Notes: generated by a model not told the origin, from the sequence alone. 64,000 bases of DNA from a virus (IMGVR_UViG_3300028832_000095:137896-201895); one strand, 5' to 3'. Positions 10,328 to 20,059 are shown, counted from the stretch's first letter. Program-made: numbers and translations.

Positions 10328-11317
10328 ATGAATAGTCTAACTGCAAAAGTAATTAAAGATTATGATATTCCGATTCAAACTGTTTCAAATAAACATATGG
10401 AATATGCATTAACTGAATTCAAAGAATTTGATAAGTATAAAGACGCATTCTTCTTCGCTAAAAAGTATACGGAGACAGAAGGATTAAATACAGAACAATT
10501 TGATGCTAAAACACATGAAGTATCCGATAGATGCATTCAATCAGTTATGAACCTTGATTCATATAAGTATTTTTGTATGAAGAATTTACCAGTTCTTGAT
10601 AAAGAAACAACTCCATTTCCGCAGTATAGCAAAGGATTAGATATCTACAAAAATCAAAATAACGGAAAGAGATTCATTTCTATCGACCTCACTCATGCCA
10701 ATATACAATCACTTAAATTTTCAGATGCTTTGTTTGAACCTAAGTTTGCAGATCAGGTTGATAATTTTGCAGAATTCATAGAACACTTTGGAACTTGCAC
10801 GAACTATTATTTGAAACAGTATATTTCTAACAGCAAGAGAATGCGCCAAATCATATTCGGTAATCTGAATCCAAAACGCCAACAGCATATGGAAAGATAC
10901 ATGGTTGAATCTCTTATAAAAGAACTAATTGATTGGAAAGTGTTGAAACCGGAAGATTTTTACGGATATACAACAGATGAAATAATCTTAAATGAAACTC
11001 CAAATACAATAGTTCTTGCATACAATAAATTCGATTCTATTTATAATATTACGACTAGCGGAGAAATTGTAGATGAAAATAATGTTGGCAAAGAGATAAC
11101 AGTTCATATCGAGGATTTCAACTTGGAAAAACTAGAACCCTATGATTTTTGGGTGAAGAAAGACCACTATGGAAATATACTGTCAATTAAGAAAGTTCCT
11201 ATCGTATACTACTTACAGGTATTGAAACATCTAAATAATAAACCATTGATCGAGGAAGATATGATGTTCCTGTATGAGAAAGTTCCATGCAAGTTTATTG
11301 ATCCCTTGTGGAAATAA
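10328..11317 (+). CDS. hypothetical protein, possible divergent polymerase palm
   Basis: AGGAGG RBS; FISIDLTHAN, RQIIFGNLNPKRQ, YTTDEII. Confidence 0.6.
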   Translation: MNSLTAKVIKDYDIPIQTVSNKHMEYALTEFKEFDKYKDAFFFAKKYTETEGLNTEQFDAKTHEVSDRCIQSVMNLDSYKYFCMKNLPVLDKETTPFPQYSKGLDIYKNQNNGKRFISIDLTHANIQSLKFSDALFEPKFADQVDNFAEFIEHFGTCTNYYLKQYISNSKRMRQIIFGNLNPKRQQHMERYMVESLIKELIDWKVLKPEDFYGYTTDEIILNETPNTIVLAYNKFDSIYNITTSGEIVDENNVGKEITVHIEDFNLEKLEPYDFWVKKDHYGNILSIKKVPIVYYLQVLKHLNNKPLIEEDMMFLYEKVPCKFIDPLWK

Positions 11318-11344
11318 TTAAATAAAAAAATTTTTATAAACCTC

Positions 11345-11373
11345 TTGACATTTCCGGAAATATGTGTTATACT
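11345..11373 (+). promoter_or_regulatory. sigmaA-type promoter
   Basis: TTGACA-17nt-TATACT with TG extension. Confidence 0.85.
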
Positions 11374-11405
11374 ATATTTACTAGGATATGTCAGGATGTT
11401 ATTAT

Positions 11406-11579
11406 ATGTCACTTAGAGTTATTCAAGTTATCGTTATGGCTTTCGCATGTTTCTACAACTTCTTTCAGGCTGTGGAAGAAAAGAGTCATAAGAAAAGTGT
11501 TCAATACGCATTTGTTAGTGGATGTTGTTTTATGACTCTTGTTATCTATCTTGTCTTTATTGTGGGGAGGTATTTCTAA
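11406..11579 (+). CDS. small membrane protein
   Basis: two hydrophobic segments; first ORF after the promoter. Confidence 0.55.
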   Translation: MSLRVIQVIVMAFACFYNFFQAVEEKSHKKSVQYAFVSGCCFMTLVIYLVFIVGRYF

Positions 11580-11782
11580 TGAGGGCATATACAGTTAATT
11601 ATAGACTTCATCCATATGACGAACATGAGACACAAATTTCTTTTCTTGCAAAAAATAAGCAAGATGCTTATGATAAAGCTGTATTTGAGATCATCCCACA
11701 AATGGAAGGTGAATCTCCTTATCACGCTTATGTTTATTCTGTGACTTATCAGAATGGTAATTATAAGATTTTTAATTGGTAA
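11579..11782 (+). CDS. hypothetical protein
   Basis: GGAGG RBS; TAATG stop/start overlap. Confidence 0.65.
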   Translation: MRAYTVNYRLHPYDEHETQISFLAKNKQDAYDKAVFEIIPQMEGESPYHAYVYSVTYQNGNYKIFNW

Positions 11783-11800
11783 GGTTATAAGAGGGACTGA

Positions 11801-12256
11801 ATGGGAATGAGAATGTGGCATTACAAGTTATTGGACGTTCTTCCTGAACTTCAATTTAGAGGACAGTTGAGGGAGTTAGTTGCAATCTGTTCTAATATTC
11901 AACAGTTTGCAACTCCCCGACACCTTCTTGTTAATATTCTTCAGCAATATCCACCTGAACATCTTGCAACATATATTGATTACTATATCAGTATATATGA
12001 AAAGTGGTACGGTAAGAAGCCTAATAGTTATGATAAACTTCGAGAGTTTATTTATGATTTCCTAAATGTAAAGCCGTATGAAACTGTTGACGGAATATAT
12101 TCTGAGTGGCATAACAGAGAATATTTACGAGTGTGTATGGCAAACCTTTATGAGAAGTTTGCATACAGTGATGGAAAATCAAAGATCAGTGAAAGTGACT
12201 GGAAACGTCTTACAGATCGTTATTTAGAACTTACCGGACATAACTATATTATTTAA
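11801..12256 (+). CDS. pyrimidine-dimer DNA glycosylase (T4 endonuclease V-like family)
   Basis: MRMWHYKLLDVLPELQFRGQLREL N-terminus; HNREYLRVCMANL. Confidence 0.8.
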   Translation: MGMRMWHYKLLDVLPELQFRGQLRELVAICSNIQQFATPRHLLVNILQQYPPEHLATYIDYYISIYEKWYGKKPNSYDKLREFIYDFLNVKPYETVDGIYSEWHNREYLRVCMANLYEKFAYSDGKSKISESDWKRLTDRYLELTGHNYII

Positions 12257-12272
12257 TTGGAGGTAAAATAAA

Positions 12273-12713
12273 ATGAGAAAGAATTGCAAGACATTTAAGG
12301 AATGGATTGATTCTCAAGTAGCTGAATTTAATGCAGCTCACCACGGGGATGATCACGGGTATCATCTGTCTGCTAGTATTTGGTCTACTCCTCTTGGTGG
12401 ATCTGTGAGATGTATGATCATAAATGATAGAAGAAACAAAACAGGATTTGCTTCTGTATCTGCAAAAGCATATAATGATCCTACTCAGATTGCAATCGGT
12501 CTGGCATGGGCAGATTATAAGGGAGAGGAAATTCCTGATTTTAGCATTCCGCTGTATAAGTTGGGTAGAATGGATAAGTTTGAATACGGCGGCGAAACAT
12601 ATAAATACCTTACAACAAATCCTTGTCTACCTGATAATATCATTGTATGTGATTATAAAGGATTTCCTTTTAATTTTAATCGGAATACAAAAGTTAGAAT
12701 TAAGGAGGTGTAA
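12273..12713 (+). CDS. hypothetical protein (shares motif with 583)
   Basis: KTGFAS..IAIGLAWADY. Confidence 0.7.
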   Translation: MRKNCKTFKEWIDSQVAEFNAAHHGDDHGYHLSASIWSTPLGGSVRCMIINDRRNKTGFASVSAKAYNDPTQIAIGLAWADYKGEEIPDFSIPLYKLGRMDKFEYGGETYKYLTTNPCLPDNIIVCDYKGFPFNFNRNTKVRIKEV

Positions 12714-12717
12714 GGAT

Positions 12718-13071
12718 ATGACACTTACAGATTCTAAAGGAAGAGAATGTACTCCGGTTATGATTTCTACATCATTTGGAGCAGGATTTTCTACATGGCA
12801 TTATGGATCCGCTACAGATGATCGACTTATTACATATTTATTTAATAATTATCAGCAGGAGCTTGGAACATATTGCTGTGAGTATTCCGAGCATGAGTTT
12901 GATTGCTACGAGTTTGAGCACAGACCTCTTTTTCCAAAAGGGATGAACGGTTTCATTGATGATGATATTACTGTTGTTCTTATTCCAAAAGGAACTGCTT
13001 ATCGTATCAATGAGTATGACGGACAAGAGAGTATTGAAATTTATTGTCCGGGAGGATACTCTATTGCATAA
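12718..13071 (+). CDS. phage hypothetical protein
   Basis: FGAGFSTW..YRINEYDGQESI motifs; RBS present. Confidence 0.7.
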   Translation: MTLTDSKGRECTPVMISTSFGAGFSTWHYGSATDDRLITYLFNNYQQELGTYCCEYSEHEFDCYEFEHRPLFPKGMNGFIDDDITVVLIPKGTAYRINEYDGQESIEIYCPGGYSIA

Positions 13072-13120
13072 GATGTGTATAGTATGAACGAATTGGGTAA
13101 CTTTATAATTGAGGTAAGAT

Positions 13121-13345
13121 GTGATGGATAATCCATGTTATGATAAGATTACAAAAACATCGTGCTCAAGGCGGTGTGCTGGTTGTTCTATAGACTGTCC
13201 GGATTGGAAGCTATATGAATCAGAACGAAACGAGAAATATTATCAGAAGAAAACTGAATACAGTCATGTTGCAAATAGCTATGAGATACAAAGAACTCAA
13301 AGAATTAAGAAAAAGATGAAAAGACATGATTGGAATAGGTATTAA
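13121..13345 (+). CDS. small Cys-rich protein
   Basis: C..CSRRCAGCSIDC. Confidence 0.6.
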   Translation: MMDNPCYDKITKTSCSRRCAGCSIDCPDWKLYESERNEKYYQKKTEYSHVANSYEIQRTQRIKKKMKRHDWNRY

Positions 13346-13360
13346 GCTGGAGGAGTTATT

Positions 13361-13600
13361 ATGTCTAAAGAATTTGAGTTGAACTCAATTACCAATGAAG
13401 ATATTTCTTCAATCATTCAGTTATGTGCAAGACAAATCGGTATCTTGCAAACTCAGGTTAATGAGCTGCAAACTATTATCGTTGAATTGGAAAATAGAGT
13501 TGTTTCTAATGAGAAACTTCTTGAAAATGTATGTACTCAGTATAATAATCATATATGCGGTCAGGAATCTTTTTTAGTTGACATTGATGCTGATTATTAA
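13361..13600 (+). CDS. coiled-coil hypothetical protein
   Basis: GGAGG RBS. Confidence 0.65.
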   Translation: MSKEFELNSITNEDISSIIQLCARQIGILQTQVNELQTIIVELENRVVSNEKLLENVCTQYNNHICGQESFLVDIDADY

Positions 13601-13619
13601 ATTAAAGGAGTGTTGAAAA

Positions 13620-14393
13620 ATGGCAATGTTTGATTATGGATATATTTTACTTCGTGATGGAAAACTTATTGATTGTACTGATAATCATATGTTTATGGAA
13701 GTATCTGATGTAGAAATTCCTCCGGTAGAAGAAGCATATGATTATTATAATAAACAACATAGCATTAGAGGAAACTATTTCGCATATGTTGGTGACGAAA
13801 ATCTTATGCTATGTTTCTATAAGACACACATCAAACTTGTTCGCGGTGATAGAGTATTAGGAACTATTTACTGCGGTCATTATAGTGAAAAATATCCAGA
13901 TGATAAGAATGTGTATTACTCCACAATGCCCATTGAAACTCTTTATAATCCATTTAACTGTGGTATTGATATTAAGATTGATCTTCTTGATAGGAACTAC
14001 TATCTTATGGATTGTGGCACAGTACGGGATGATGGTTTAACTTTTTGGGAATATTATAAGAAGTGTATTGGTTGGGAAAACGAAAGAACAAGTGCTTATA
14101 CTGAAAGAGAGCATAAGAAATTCCTTAAAAATATGAGAGCAAGAAAAGTTCTTGAAAAAATCTACAAAGGTAGAGATTTGTGGGAACTTCCAGATGCTTA
14201 TGTAAATAATGATCAAAGTCATAAATTTGATGTAACATTTACTTTGAACGGATTTGAATATGAAATTATTTTTGGATATGGAATTAAAGGATTCAAAGAA
14301 CACTATCCTATAAGTTATACGGCGCAGGAAGTATGGAGCTTAATGTGTGCTGATCCAAATGCAACTATCCCTAAATATCCGAACTGGTGGTGA
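13620..14393 (+). CDS. hypothetical protein
   Basis: AAGGAG RBS, 257 aa. Confidence 0.75.
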   Translation: MAMFDYGYILLRDGKLIDCTDNHMFMEVSDVEIPPVEEAYDYYNKQHSIRGNYFAYVGDENLMLCFYKTHIKLVRGDRVLGTIYCGHYSEKYPDDKNVYYSTMPIETLYNPFNCGIDIKIDLLDRNYYLMDCGTVRDDGLTFWEYYKKCIGWENERTSAYTEREHKKFLKNMRARKVLEKIYKGRDLWELPDAYVNNDQSHKFDVTFTLNGFEYEIIFGYGIKGFKEHYPISYTAQEVWSLMCADPNATIPKYPNWW

Positions 14394-14398
14394 TAATA

Positions 14399-14911
14399 AT
14401 GTCTAATGTATGGTTTATTTCAGATACCCATTTTGGACATGAGAATATAATTAAATATTGTGACAGACCATTTAAGGATGTACCCCAAATGGATCAATAC
14501 CTGATCAAACAGTGGAACTCTGTTGTAAAGAAAAATGATACAGTTTATCATCTAGGAGATTTTTCATTAGGACATCCAAAGGAAGTTGTGAAAATGATTG
14601 TAGAGGAATTGAACGGCAATATCAAACTTGTAAAAGGTAATCATGATACATGGAGCAATGAAGTCTATCGTGAACTTGGATTTAAGGAAGTATATGATAA
14701 ACCAATCCTTATAAATGAATTTTTACTTCTTTCACATGAACCAGTACCATTTAGGATCAGTTCAATGTTTGTAAATATATATGGTCATGTTCATAATAGT
14801 AATCTGTTTGATACATATAAAGATGGATTCTTTTGTGTTTGTGTTGAAAGACATAACTATACTCCGATTAGTCTTAAAGATATTGGAAGAATCGTGGTGA
14901 GTGGAACATGA
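14399..14911 (+). CDS. calcineurin-like metallophosphoesterase
   Basis: SDTHFGH, HLGDF, GNHD, SHEP, GHVH motifs. Confidence 0.92.
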   Translation: MSNVWFISDTHFGHENIIKYCDRPFKDVPQMDQYLIKQWNSVVKKNDTVYHLGDFSLGHPKEVVKMIVEELNGNIKLVKGNHDTWSNEVYRELGFKEVYDKPILINEFLLLSHEPVPFRISSMFVNIYGHVHNSNLFDTYKDGFFCVCVERHNYTPISLKDIGRIVVSGT

Positions 14912-15251
14912 GGAATTTGACAACAAAAGAAAAGCAAGATTGCTTTGATAAGTATAAAGATATACAAAATAAAGTACAAGTACATGACTTCCAGTCTGCA
15001 ATAGAAGCGTGTAAGCAAAAAGTATGTCAGGCTGTTCGCAAAAAACATAGAGATGATAAACGCAGATGCCGGAAATATGGAAATGGTAAGTTATCAGACT
15101 ATAACTATCGGGGAAAGATTCTTAGGGGGAGATACATCCTCCATGCGCAGAGAATACAAAAAGATTTGTAGCAATCATGAAAAATAAATATGGATCTGTT
15201 GAAAACTATCACATTCAGAGAAAGGTTTATAAGGTGTTGAAAAATGGATAA
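14908..15251 (+). CDS. hypothetical protein, apparent frameshift in G5 run 15125-15129
   Basis: alternate frame GEIHPPCAENTKRF..VLKNG* fills the gap to the next gene. Confidence 0.5.
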
Positions 15252-15465
15252 AGAACTGATTTTGTCAGCTACAAAACAACCTAAGAATGATAAAACATAT
15301 ATTTGTCCTATTTGTGGAAAATCATTTTATGTTTCGGATAGGAATTATATTTATAAGAAGAAAAACAAGGAAGGTTTTACAAGATGGACTTGTAGCTATT
15401 CATGCAATAATAGATTAGGTGAAATTATTGAGGAATCCAAACATAATTACTATTGGTTAAAATAA
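15244..15465 (+). CDS. zinc-finger small protein
   Basis: CPICGK..CSYSC. Confidence 0.7.
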   Translation: MDKELILSATKQPKNDKTYICPICGKSFYVSDRNYIYKKKNKEGFTRWTCSYSCNNRLGEIIEESKHNYYWLK

Positions 15466-15484
15466 AAAAATTTTTGAAAACCTA

Positions 15485-15513
15485 TTGACAAAACGATAAA
15501 AATATGTTATACT
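15485..15513 (+). promoter_or_regulatory. sigmaA-type promoter
   Basis: TTGACA-17nt-TATACT with TG extension. Confidence 0.85.
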
Positions 15514-15570
15514 ATATATGTAAGTTGAAGGACTTACGAAACAAAAATAATATAAAGTGAGGTACTTATT

Positions 15571-15867
15571 ATGAAGATGTTTGATGCAGGAAGATCCAGT
15601 ATTTACAGTATTCTCGAAAAGAATGGATTCACATACTATAAGGGATATGAGAGTGTGTGGATCGCAAAGACACCTATCGGTTATATCACTGTTGACGGTG
15701 ATGATACAACAGAACTTTGGACAAAGAAGGATGGAGTTTTTGTGACGGATGAGATGTTTGTCGAAGCCGTTACCGGTTCGGACATTCAGATGTATGAAAA
15801 TGTGAGAGATATGTTCGTCATCGAAAATGTTGGAATCCTTTATGCACTTGGTATTGCAGAGGACTGA
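15571..15867 (+). CDS. hypothetical early protein
   Basis: GAGGT RBS; first gene after the promoter. Confidence 0.75.
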   Translation: MKMFDAGRSSIYSILEKNGFTYYKGYESVWIAKTPIGYITVDGDDTTELWTKKDGVFVTDEMFVEAVTGSDIQMYENVRDMFVIENVGILYALGIAED

Positions 15868-15879
15868 CAATTAAACAGG

Positions 15880-15927
15880 AACAATTAACCATAGGATTCA
15901 AACTCCTCTGGTTAATTGTTTAGGAGT
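15880..15927 (+). promoter_or_regulatory. leader hairpin with anti-SD upstream of RNA ligase
   Basis: AACAATTAACCA/TGGTTAATTGTT stem, inner AGGA/TCCT, loop TTCAAAC; ACTCCT is complementary to the RBS AGGAGT. Confidence 0.6.
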
Positions 15928-15933
15928 GATTGT

Positions 15934-17025
15934 ATGTTAAAAGTATCTAAGTTTATTCGTGACAACAATAATTGGGAAGAGTTGTTACGGTCTGATCCAT
16001 ACAATGTATCAATTAAACATCAAAATAACCTCATTCTTCTTAATTATATTCAAGGAGCATCTACTGTTTGTGATATAACAAATGAGTGTAGAGGTCTTGT
16101 TCTTGACATTGCAGATGAAAGAAATCCAAAAGTGGTTCGGTGTGGATTTTATAGATTCTTCAATCTTGGAGATCCTAATGCAGTTACTATTGGAAATCAT
16201 ATTACAGCATATGAAAAAGTTGATGGATCACTTGTGTTCCTTTACTTTGTAAACGATAAATGGTGTTTTGGAACAAGAAATACATTTGATCTTGAAGTAG
16301 ATGAAGTTACAGCCGGAAATACACCTAAACTTAGAAAAATGGCTAAACAGATTCGCAGTGTACTGAATCCAAACATTTTTGATTCCCTCAATAAGAACTT
16401 TACATACTGTTTTGAGTTTGTATCTCCTGATTTCCAAATTATTGTTCCTTATGAGAAACCGGATATGTATCTACTTATGATTAGGAATAATAATACATTG
16501 GAAGAGGTTGAAACTGCTATTTCTGTTGAATTCAAAAAGCCGAAAGTATATAGTCTTAATTCTATTTCTGAAATTGAAAAGTATGTATCTCAATTCTCGG
16601 CAACTGAGTTTGAGGGCATTGTTGTCAAAGACGAAAACAATAATCGTATTAAGATCAAAAACCTTAATTGGCTTCAACTTCACTATCTGTATAATAACGG
16701 TCAGTTTTCAGATAGATACTTTATTCATTTGTATATGAATGATGACTATCAGGAGCTTTTAAGTTATTTCACAAACCTGAAAGAACGGTTTAACAAGGTT
16801 GTGAATAGATATAACACGATTAAAGAAGCTGCCAGATTGATGGATAATATTCCTGTTAATACTATTATGACTAAAAAACAATTCTTTGAACTTGTAGATA
16901 GAACAGTTAAAGACAAAGGTTTTCAAATGCTTGCTTTGAAGTCCTATAATAATTGTGCATATAACTGGTTTTGTATGTTAGATGAACATTGGTATTCACA
17001 TTATTTTGTAGGAGAAGAAAGATGA
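15934..17025 (+). CDS. RNA ligase, T4 Rnl1-like
   Basis: ECRGLV, RFFNLG, EKVDGSL (motif I), FEFVSP, FEGIVV, RIKIKN. Confidence 0.9.
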   Translation: MLKVSKFIRDNNNWEELLRSDPYNVSIKHQNNLILLNYIQGASTVCDITNECRGLVLDIADERNPKVVRCGFYRFFNLGDPNAVTIGNHITAYEKVDGSLVFLYFVNDKWCFGTRNTFDLEVDEVTAGNTPKLRKMAKQIRSVLNPNIFDSLNKNFTYCFEFVSPDFQIIVPYEKPDMYLLMIRNNNTLEEVETAISVEFKKPKVYSLNSISEIEKYVSQFSATEFEGIVVKDENNNRIKIKNLNWLQLHYLYNNGQFSDRYFIHLYMNDDYQELLSYFTNLKERFNKVVNRYNTIKEAARLMDNIPVNTIMTKKQFFELVDRTVKDKGFQMLALKSYNNCAYNWFCMLDEHWYSHYFVGEER

Positions 17026-17945
17026 TTACTTTATTTATGACAATTGGACTTCCCGGTTCTGGAAAATCTCATTGGGCATCTGAACAGGATGCAAAAGTTG
17101 TATCTTCGGATGCTATCAGGGAAGAACTGTTTGGAGATGTAAATGATCAGAATTATAATAATGAAGTATTCAACGAAGTACATAACCGTATTCAGAACTA
17201 CCTTAAACAGCGGTTTAATGTAGTTTATGATGCAACCAATCTCAGCAGTAAGAGAAGAAAAGGATTTCTTAATACTGTTCCTGAATTTGTAAGAAAGGTT
17301 GCTGTTGTATTCTGTACTGATTATAGTATTTGTCTTAAAAGAAATGCAGAAAGAGAAAGACACGTTCCGGAAGAAGTTATTGAACGTATGTATAAAAGAA
17401 TCACTCTTCCTACACATTTAGAAGGATTCGATCAGATTGAATATATTTTCTGTCCGGAAAATGATAAAACAGAACTTGACTATTATCTTGAAACAGTTGG
17501 TTATAATCAGGATAATCCTCATCACAGTCTTACTCTTGACAAGCATCTTGAAAAAGCATATAATCTTGCTCATGAAAAAGGATCTGACCTTAATGATTAT
17601 GATAAAGAAATTCTTTGTAGGGCTGCTTTGATGCATGATGTTGGAAAGCCTGTTTGTAAAACATATGAACTTTTCTCCGGAAAAGTAGATGATCATGCAC
17701 ACTATTATAATCATGCTAATGTAGGAGCATATAAGATTCTTTGTTCAAGACCTATTATTTTTGGGTTAGATAAAATTCATAATAGAATGGAAAGACAGAA
17801 ATTAGTCGCTATTGCTACACTTATTCAGTTACATATGAACTTCTTTGACAGCAACTTCTCACTTAATGAATATAGAAAATACTACGAAAATAACCTCATT
17901 ACACTCCTTGAAATTTTACATGAGTGTGATGTAGAAGCGCATTAA
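17022..17945 (+). CDS. polynucleotide kinase-like P-loop domain fused to HD phosphohydrolase
   Basis: GLPGSGKS, SDAIR, YDATN, RNAER; HH..H..LMHDVGKP..HANVGA..HM..D. Confidence 0.88.
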   Translation: MITLFMTIGLPGSGKSHWASEQDAKVVSSDAIREELFGDVNDQNYNNEVFNEVHNRIQNYLKQRFNVVYDATNLSSKRRKGFLNTVPEFVRKVAVVFCTDYSICLKRNAERERHVPEEVIERMYKRITLPTHLEGFDQIEYIFCPENDKTELDYYLETVGYNQDNPHHSLTLDKHLEKAYNLAHEKGSDLNDYDKEILCRAALMHDVGKPVCKTYELFSGKVDDHAHYYNHANVGAYKILCSRPIIFGLDKIHNRMERQKLVAIATLIQLHMNFFDSNFSLNEYRKYYENNLITLLEILHECDVEAH

Positions 17946-17965
17946 AAAAAGGAACTGATGACTTA

Positions 17966-18721
17966 ATGAAGAAAAAAATATTTATTCTTATTATGCAAAT
18001 AACAATTATTATATTGTTATTTGCTGTAACCGAAAAGAAAAACACTATCAAGAATGATTCAACAGCATCAATTGAAACAGTATTTATTGATACCTGTATA
18101 TACGAAACTACGGCTTGGGTTTCTACCATATCAACTTATCCGGAAACAACTACCACAACTATACAGGAGACAAGCACAACCTCTGTTCCTGAAACCAATA
18201 CAACGATAACAAATACAGAAGGATCAACTAAAAAGACAACAAATACGACCACAAAAAGATATACTACTACTTCAAAAACTACCACAAAAATAACTACAAC
18301 AAAAACAACCACATCAACTACAAAAACAACTACTACCACAACACAGAAAAAAGAATCTAATAATATGGAGCTAGTTGGAACATTCAAACTAACATACTAT
18401 ATTCCTACATCAAAACAGAATCCAAATACTCTTGTTGGTGGATCAGGTAGGAAACTAATTGATTGTTCTATGGGTGATGGAACAGTAAAAGGATCTGTTG
18501 CTTGTCGCGCTGTGTACGAAAAATATGGATATAAATATAACGGAAAAAGAACTATGATATATTTGGATGTACCGAATTTCAAATATTTAACCGGATATTA
18601 TTATGTAGACGATTGCTGTGGTGGAAAAGCAACTGTTGATATTTACTATAATTCTAAGAATAATTGTCCATTTAAGAATATCGGCGTTATTCGTGGGGCT
18701 AAGTGTTATATTGTTAAATAA
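17966..18721 (+). CDS. membrane-anchored 3D-domain (peptidoglycan transglycosylase-like) protein with Thr-rich stalk
   Basis: N-terminal hydrophobic helix, about 65 aa Thr/Lys linker, FKLTYY..SVA..VDDCCGG..VDIY. Confidence 0.7.
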   Translation: MKKKIFILIMQITIIILLFAVTEKKNTIKNDSTASIETVFIDTCIYETTAWVSTISTYPETTTTTIQETSTTSVPETNTTITNTEGSTKKTTNTTTKRYTTTSKTTTKITTTKTTTSTTKTTTTTTQKKESNNMELVGTFKLTYYIPTSKQNPNTLVGGSGRKLIDCSMGDGTVKGSVACRAVYEKYGYKYNGKRTMIYLDVPNFKYLTGYYYVDDCCGGKATVDIYYNSKNNCPFKNIGVIRGAKCYIVK

Positions 18722-18740
18722 AAAACATATTCCAAAATAC

Positions 18741-18769
18741 TTGACATTTTGGAATAGTTGTGTTATACT
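18741..18769 (+). promoter_or_regulatory. sigmaA-type promoter
   Basis: TTGACA-17nt-TATACT with TG extension. Confidence 0.85.
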
Positions 18770-18804
18770 ATATTTATAAGTTATTCTGGAAAGGACTATC
18801 ATAT

Positions 18805-19428
18805 ATGATTCTAATTCTATGCGGTAAATCCGCAAGTGGTAAAGATACAATCCTAAATGATTTTATTCAAGATGGGTTTGTTCATAAGATTGTATCCTAC
18901 ACAACAAGACCTAAAAGAGATGGCGAAGTAAACGGAATTGATTATAATTTTGTTACAGAACGTCAGTTCATTGACATGATGAATGAAGGATTGTTCTTCC
19001 AAACAAGACAATATAATACAAATGTTAATGGACATCTTGATACTTGGTATTATGGATCGAAAAAGGTAGAAATTGATAAAAATATTCATTTTGGTTGTAT
19101 TGTTGATATGGGTGGAGTTAGAGATTATGTGAATACATACGGTAAAGAAAATGTGTTTGTTGTTTATGTTGATGCTCCGGATGAAATACGAAAACAGAGA
19201 TGTATCAAGCGTGGATCTTTTGATGAAACTGAATGGAACAGACGATTAGAGGATGACACAATTAAATTTGATATCAACAATCCAGAAGTATATAATCTAA
19301 TCAATAGGGTTGTTGAAAACACCGGAGATATCCGTGATGCTAAATTTGAAATCTCTTATGATTTTTATAACTACATCATGGATAGATATAAAAATGAAAA
19401 TCATACACGTTTTGGAGGAAACAAATGA
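18805..19428 (+). CDS. gmk: guanylate kinase
   Basis: GKSASGKDT P-loop; SYTTRPKRDGEVNGIDYNFV signature; WYYG. Confidence 0.9.
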   Translation: MILILCGKSASGKDTILNDFIQDGFVHKIVSYTTRPKRDGEVNGIDYNFVTERQFIDMMNEGLFFQTRQYNTNVNGHLDTWYYGSKKVEIDKNIHFGCIVDMGGVRDYVNTYGKENVFVVYVDAPDEIRKQRCIKRGSFDETEWNRRLEDDTIKFDINNPEVYNLINRVVENTGDIRDAKFEISYDFYNYIMDRYKNENHTRFGGNK

Positions 19429-19610
19429 AAGTATCAACTAAAAAGAAGATGGGTGAACTCAAAGAATACCTTGAAGAACTTGGTCTGTTTATCTGGCAAC
19501 TTAATCAGAAGGATGATGAGGAACTGAAAGAACTTGCTAAAAAGATGCAACTCTGCTATACTGTATGTATGAAGCAGATCAAACAAATCACCAAGGAGGA
19601 ATTTGAATAA
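19425..19610 (+). CDS. hypothetical protein
   Basis: GGAGG RBS, ATGA overlap. Confidence 0.6.
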   Translation: MKVSTKKKMGELKEYLEELGLFIWQLNQKDDEELKELAKKMQLCYTVCMKQIKQITKEEFE

Positions 19611-20059
19611 TGTATCTGGTATCAAAACGACATAAGTTGTTTAATGATCCACCTGAAAATCTTAAAGTATTTCAAACAGAATCCGCAGCATTATCATTTA
19701 TAAATAGCCTTGTATCAGATAGCGATTATGTGTACTGTATGACAGAAATTCGCAGTGGTAATGATTATCATATGCACTATGGATATCGGTATAGAGTATA
19801 TGTTACATGGCATATGATATATTTCTGTGTTGAAAGAGTTGAAGTTCTTGACAGATGTGAGATTAAAAATGATTGTTTATATCTTACAAATGTAAAGAAA
19901 GATGATTATGAATTCTGTTTTGAGATTGAAACAATGTATGAACTTCATACAGATGAATGGATTGAAAGTCATGGATATTGTAGCAGTACAATTTCAGACG
20001 ATATACTCAGACAGAATAAACTTCCGAGGTTGATTGAAAAGTTATATTCAATTAAATAA
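19610..20059 (+). CDS. hypothetical protein
   Basis: AGGAGG RBS, TAATG overlap. Confidence 0.7.
   Translation: MYLVSKRHKLFNDPPENLKVFQTESAALSFINSLVSDSDYVYCMTEIRSGNDYHMHYGYRYRVYVTWHMIYFCVERVEVLDRCEIKNDCLYLTNVKKDDYEFCFEIETMYELHTDEWIESHGYCSSTISDDILRQNKLPRLIEKLYSIK

Noticed and set aside
18130-18350. ACA/ACT/ACC-rich tract as a DNA tandem repeat
   Set aside because: It is the coding consequence of a Thr-rich linker with mixed codons, not an exact repeat.
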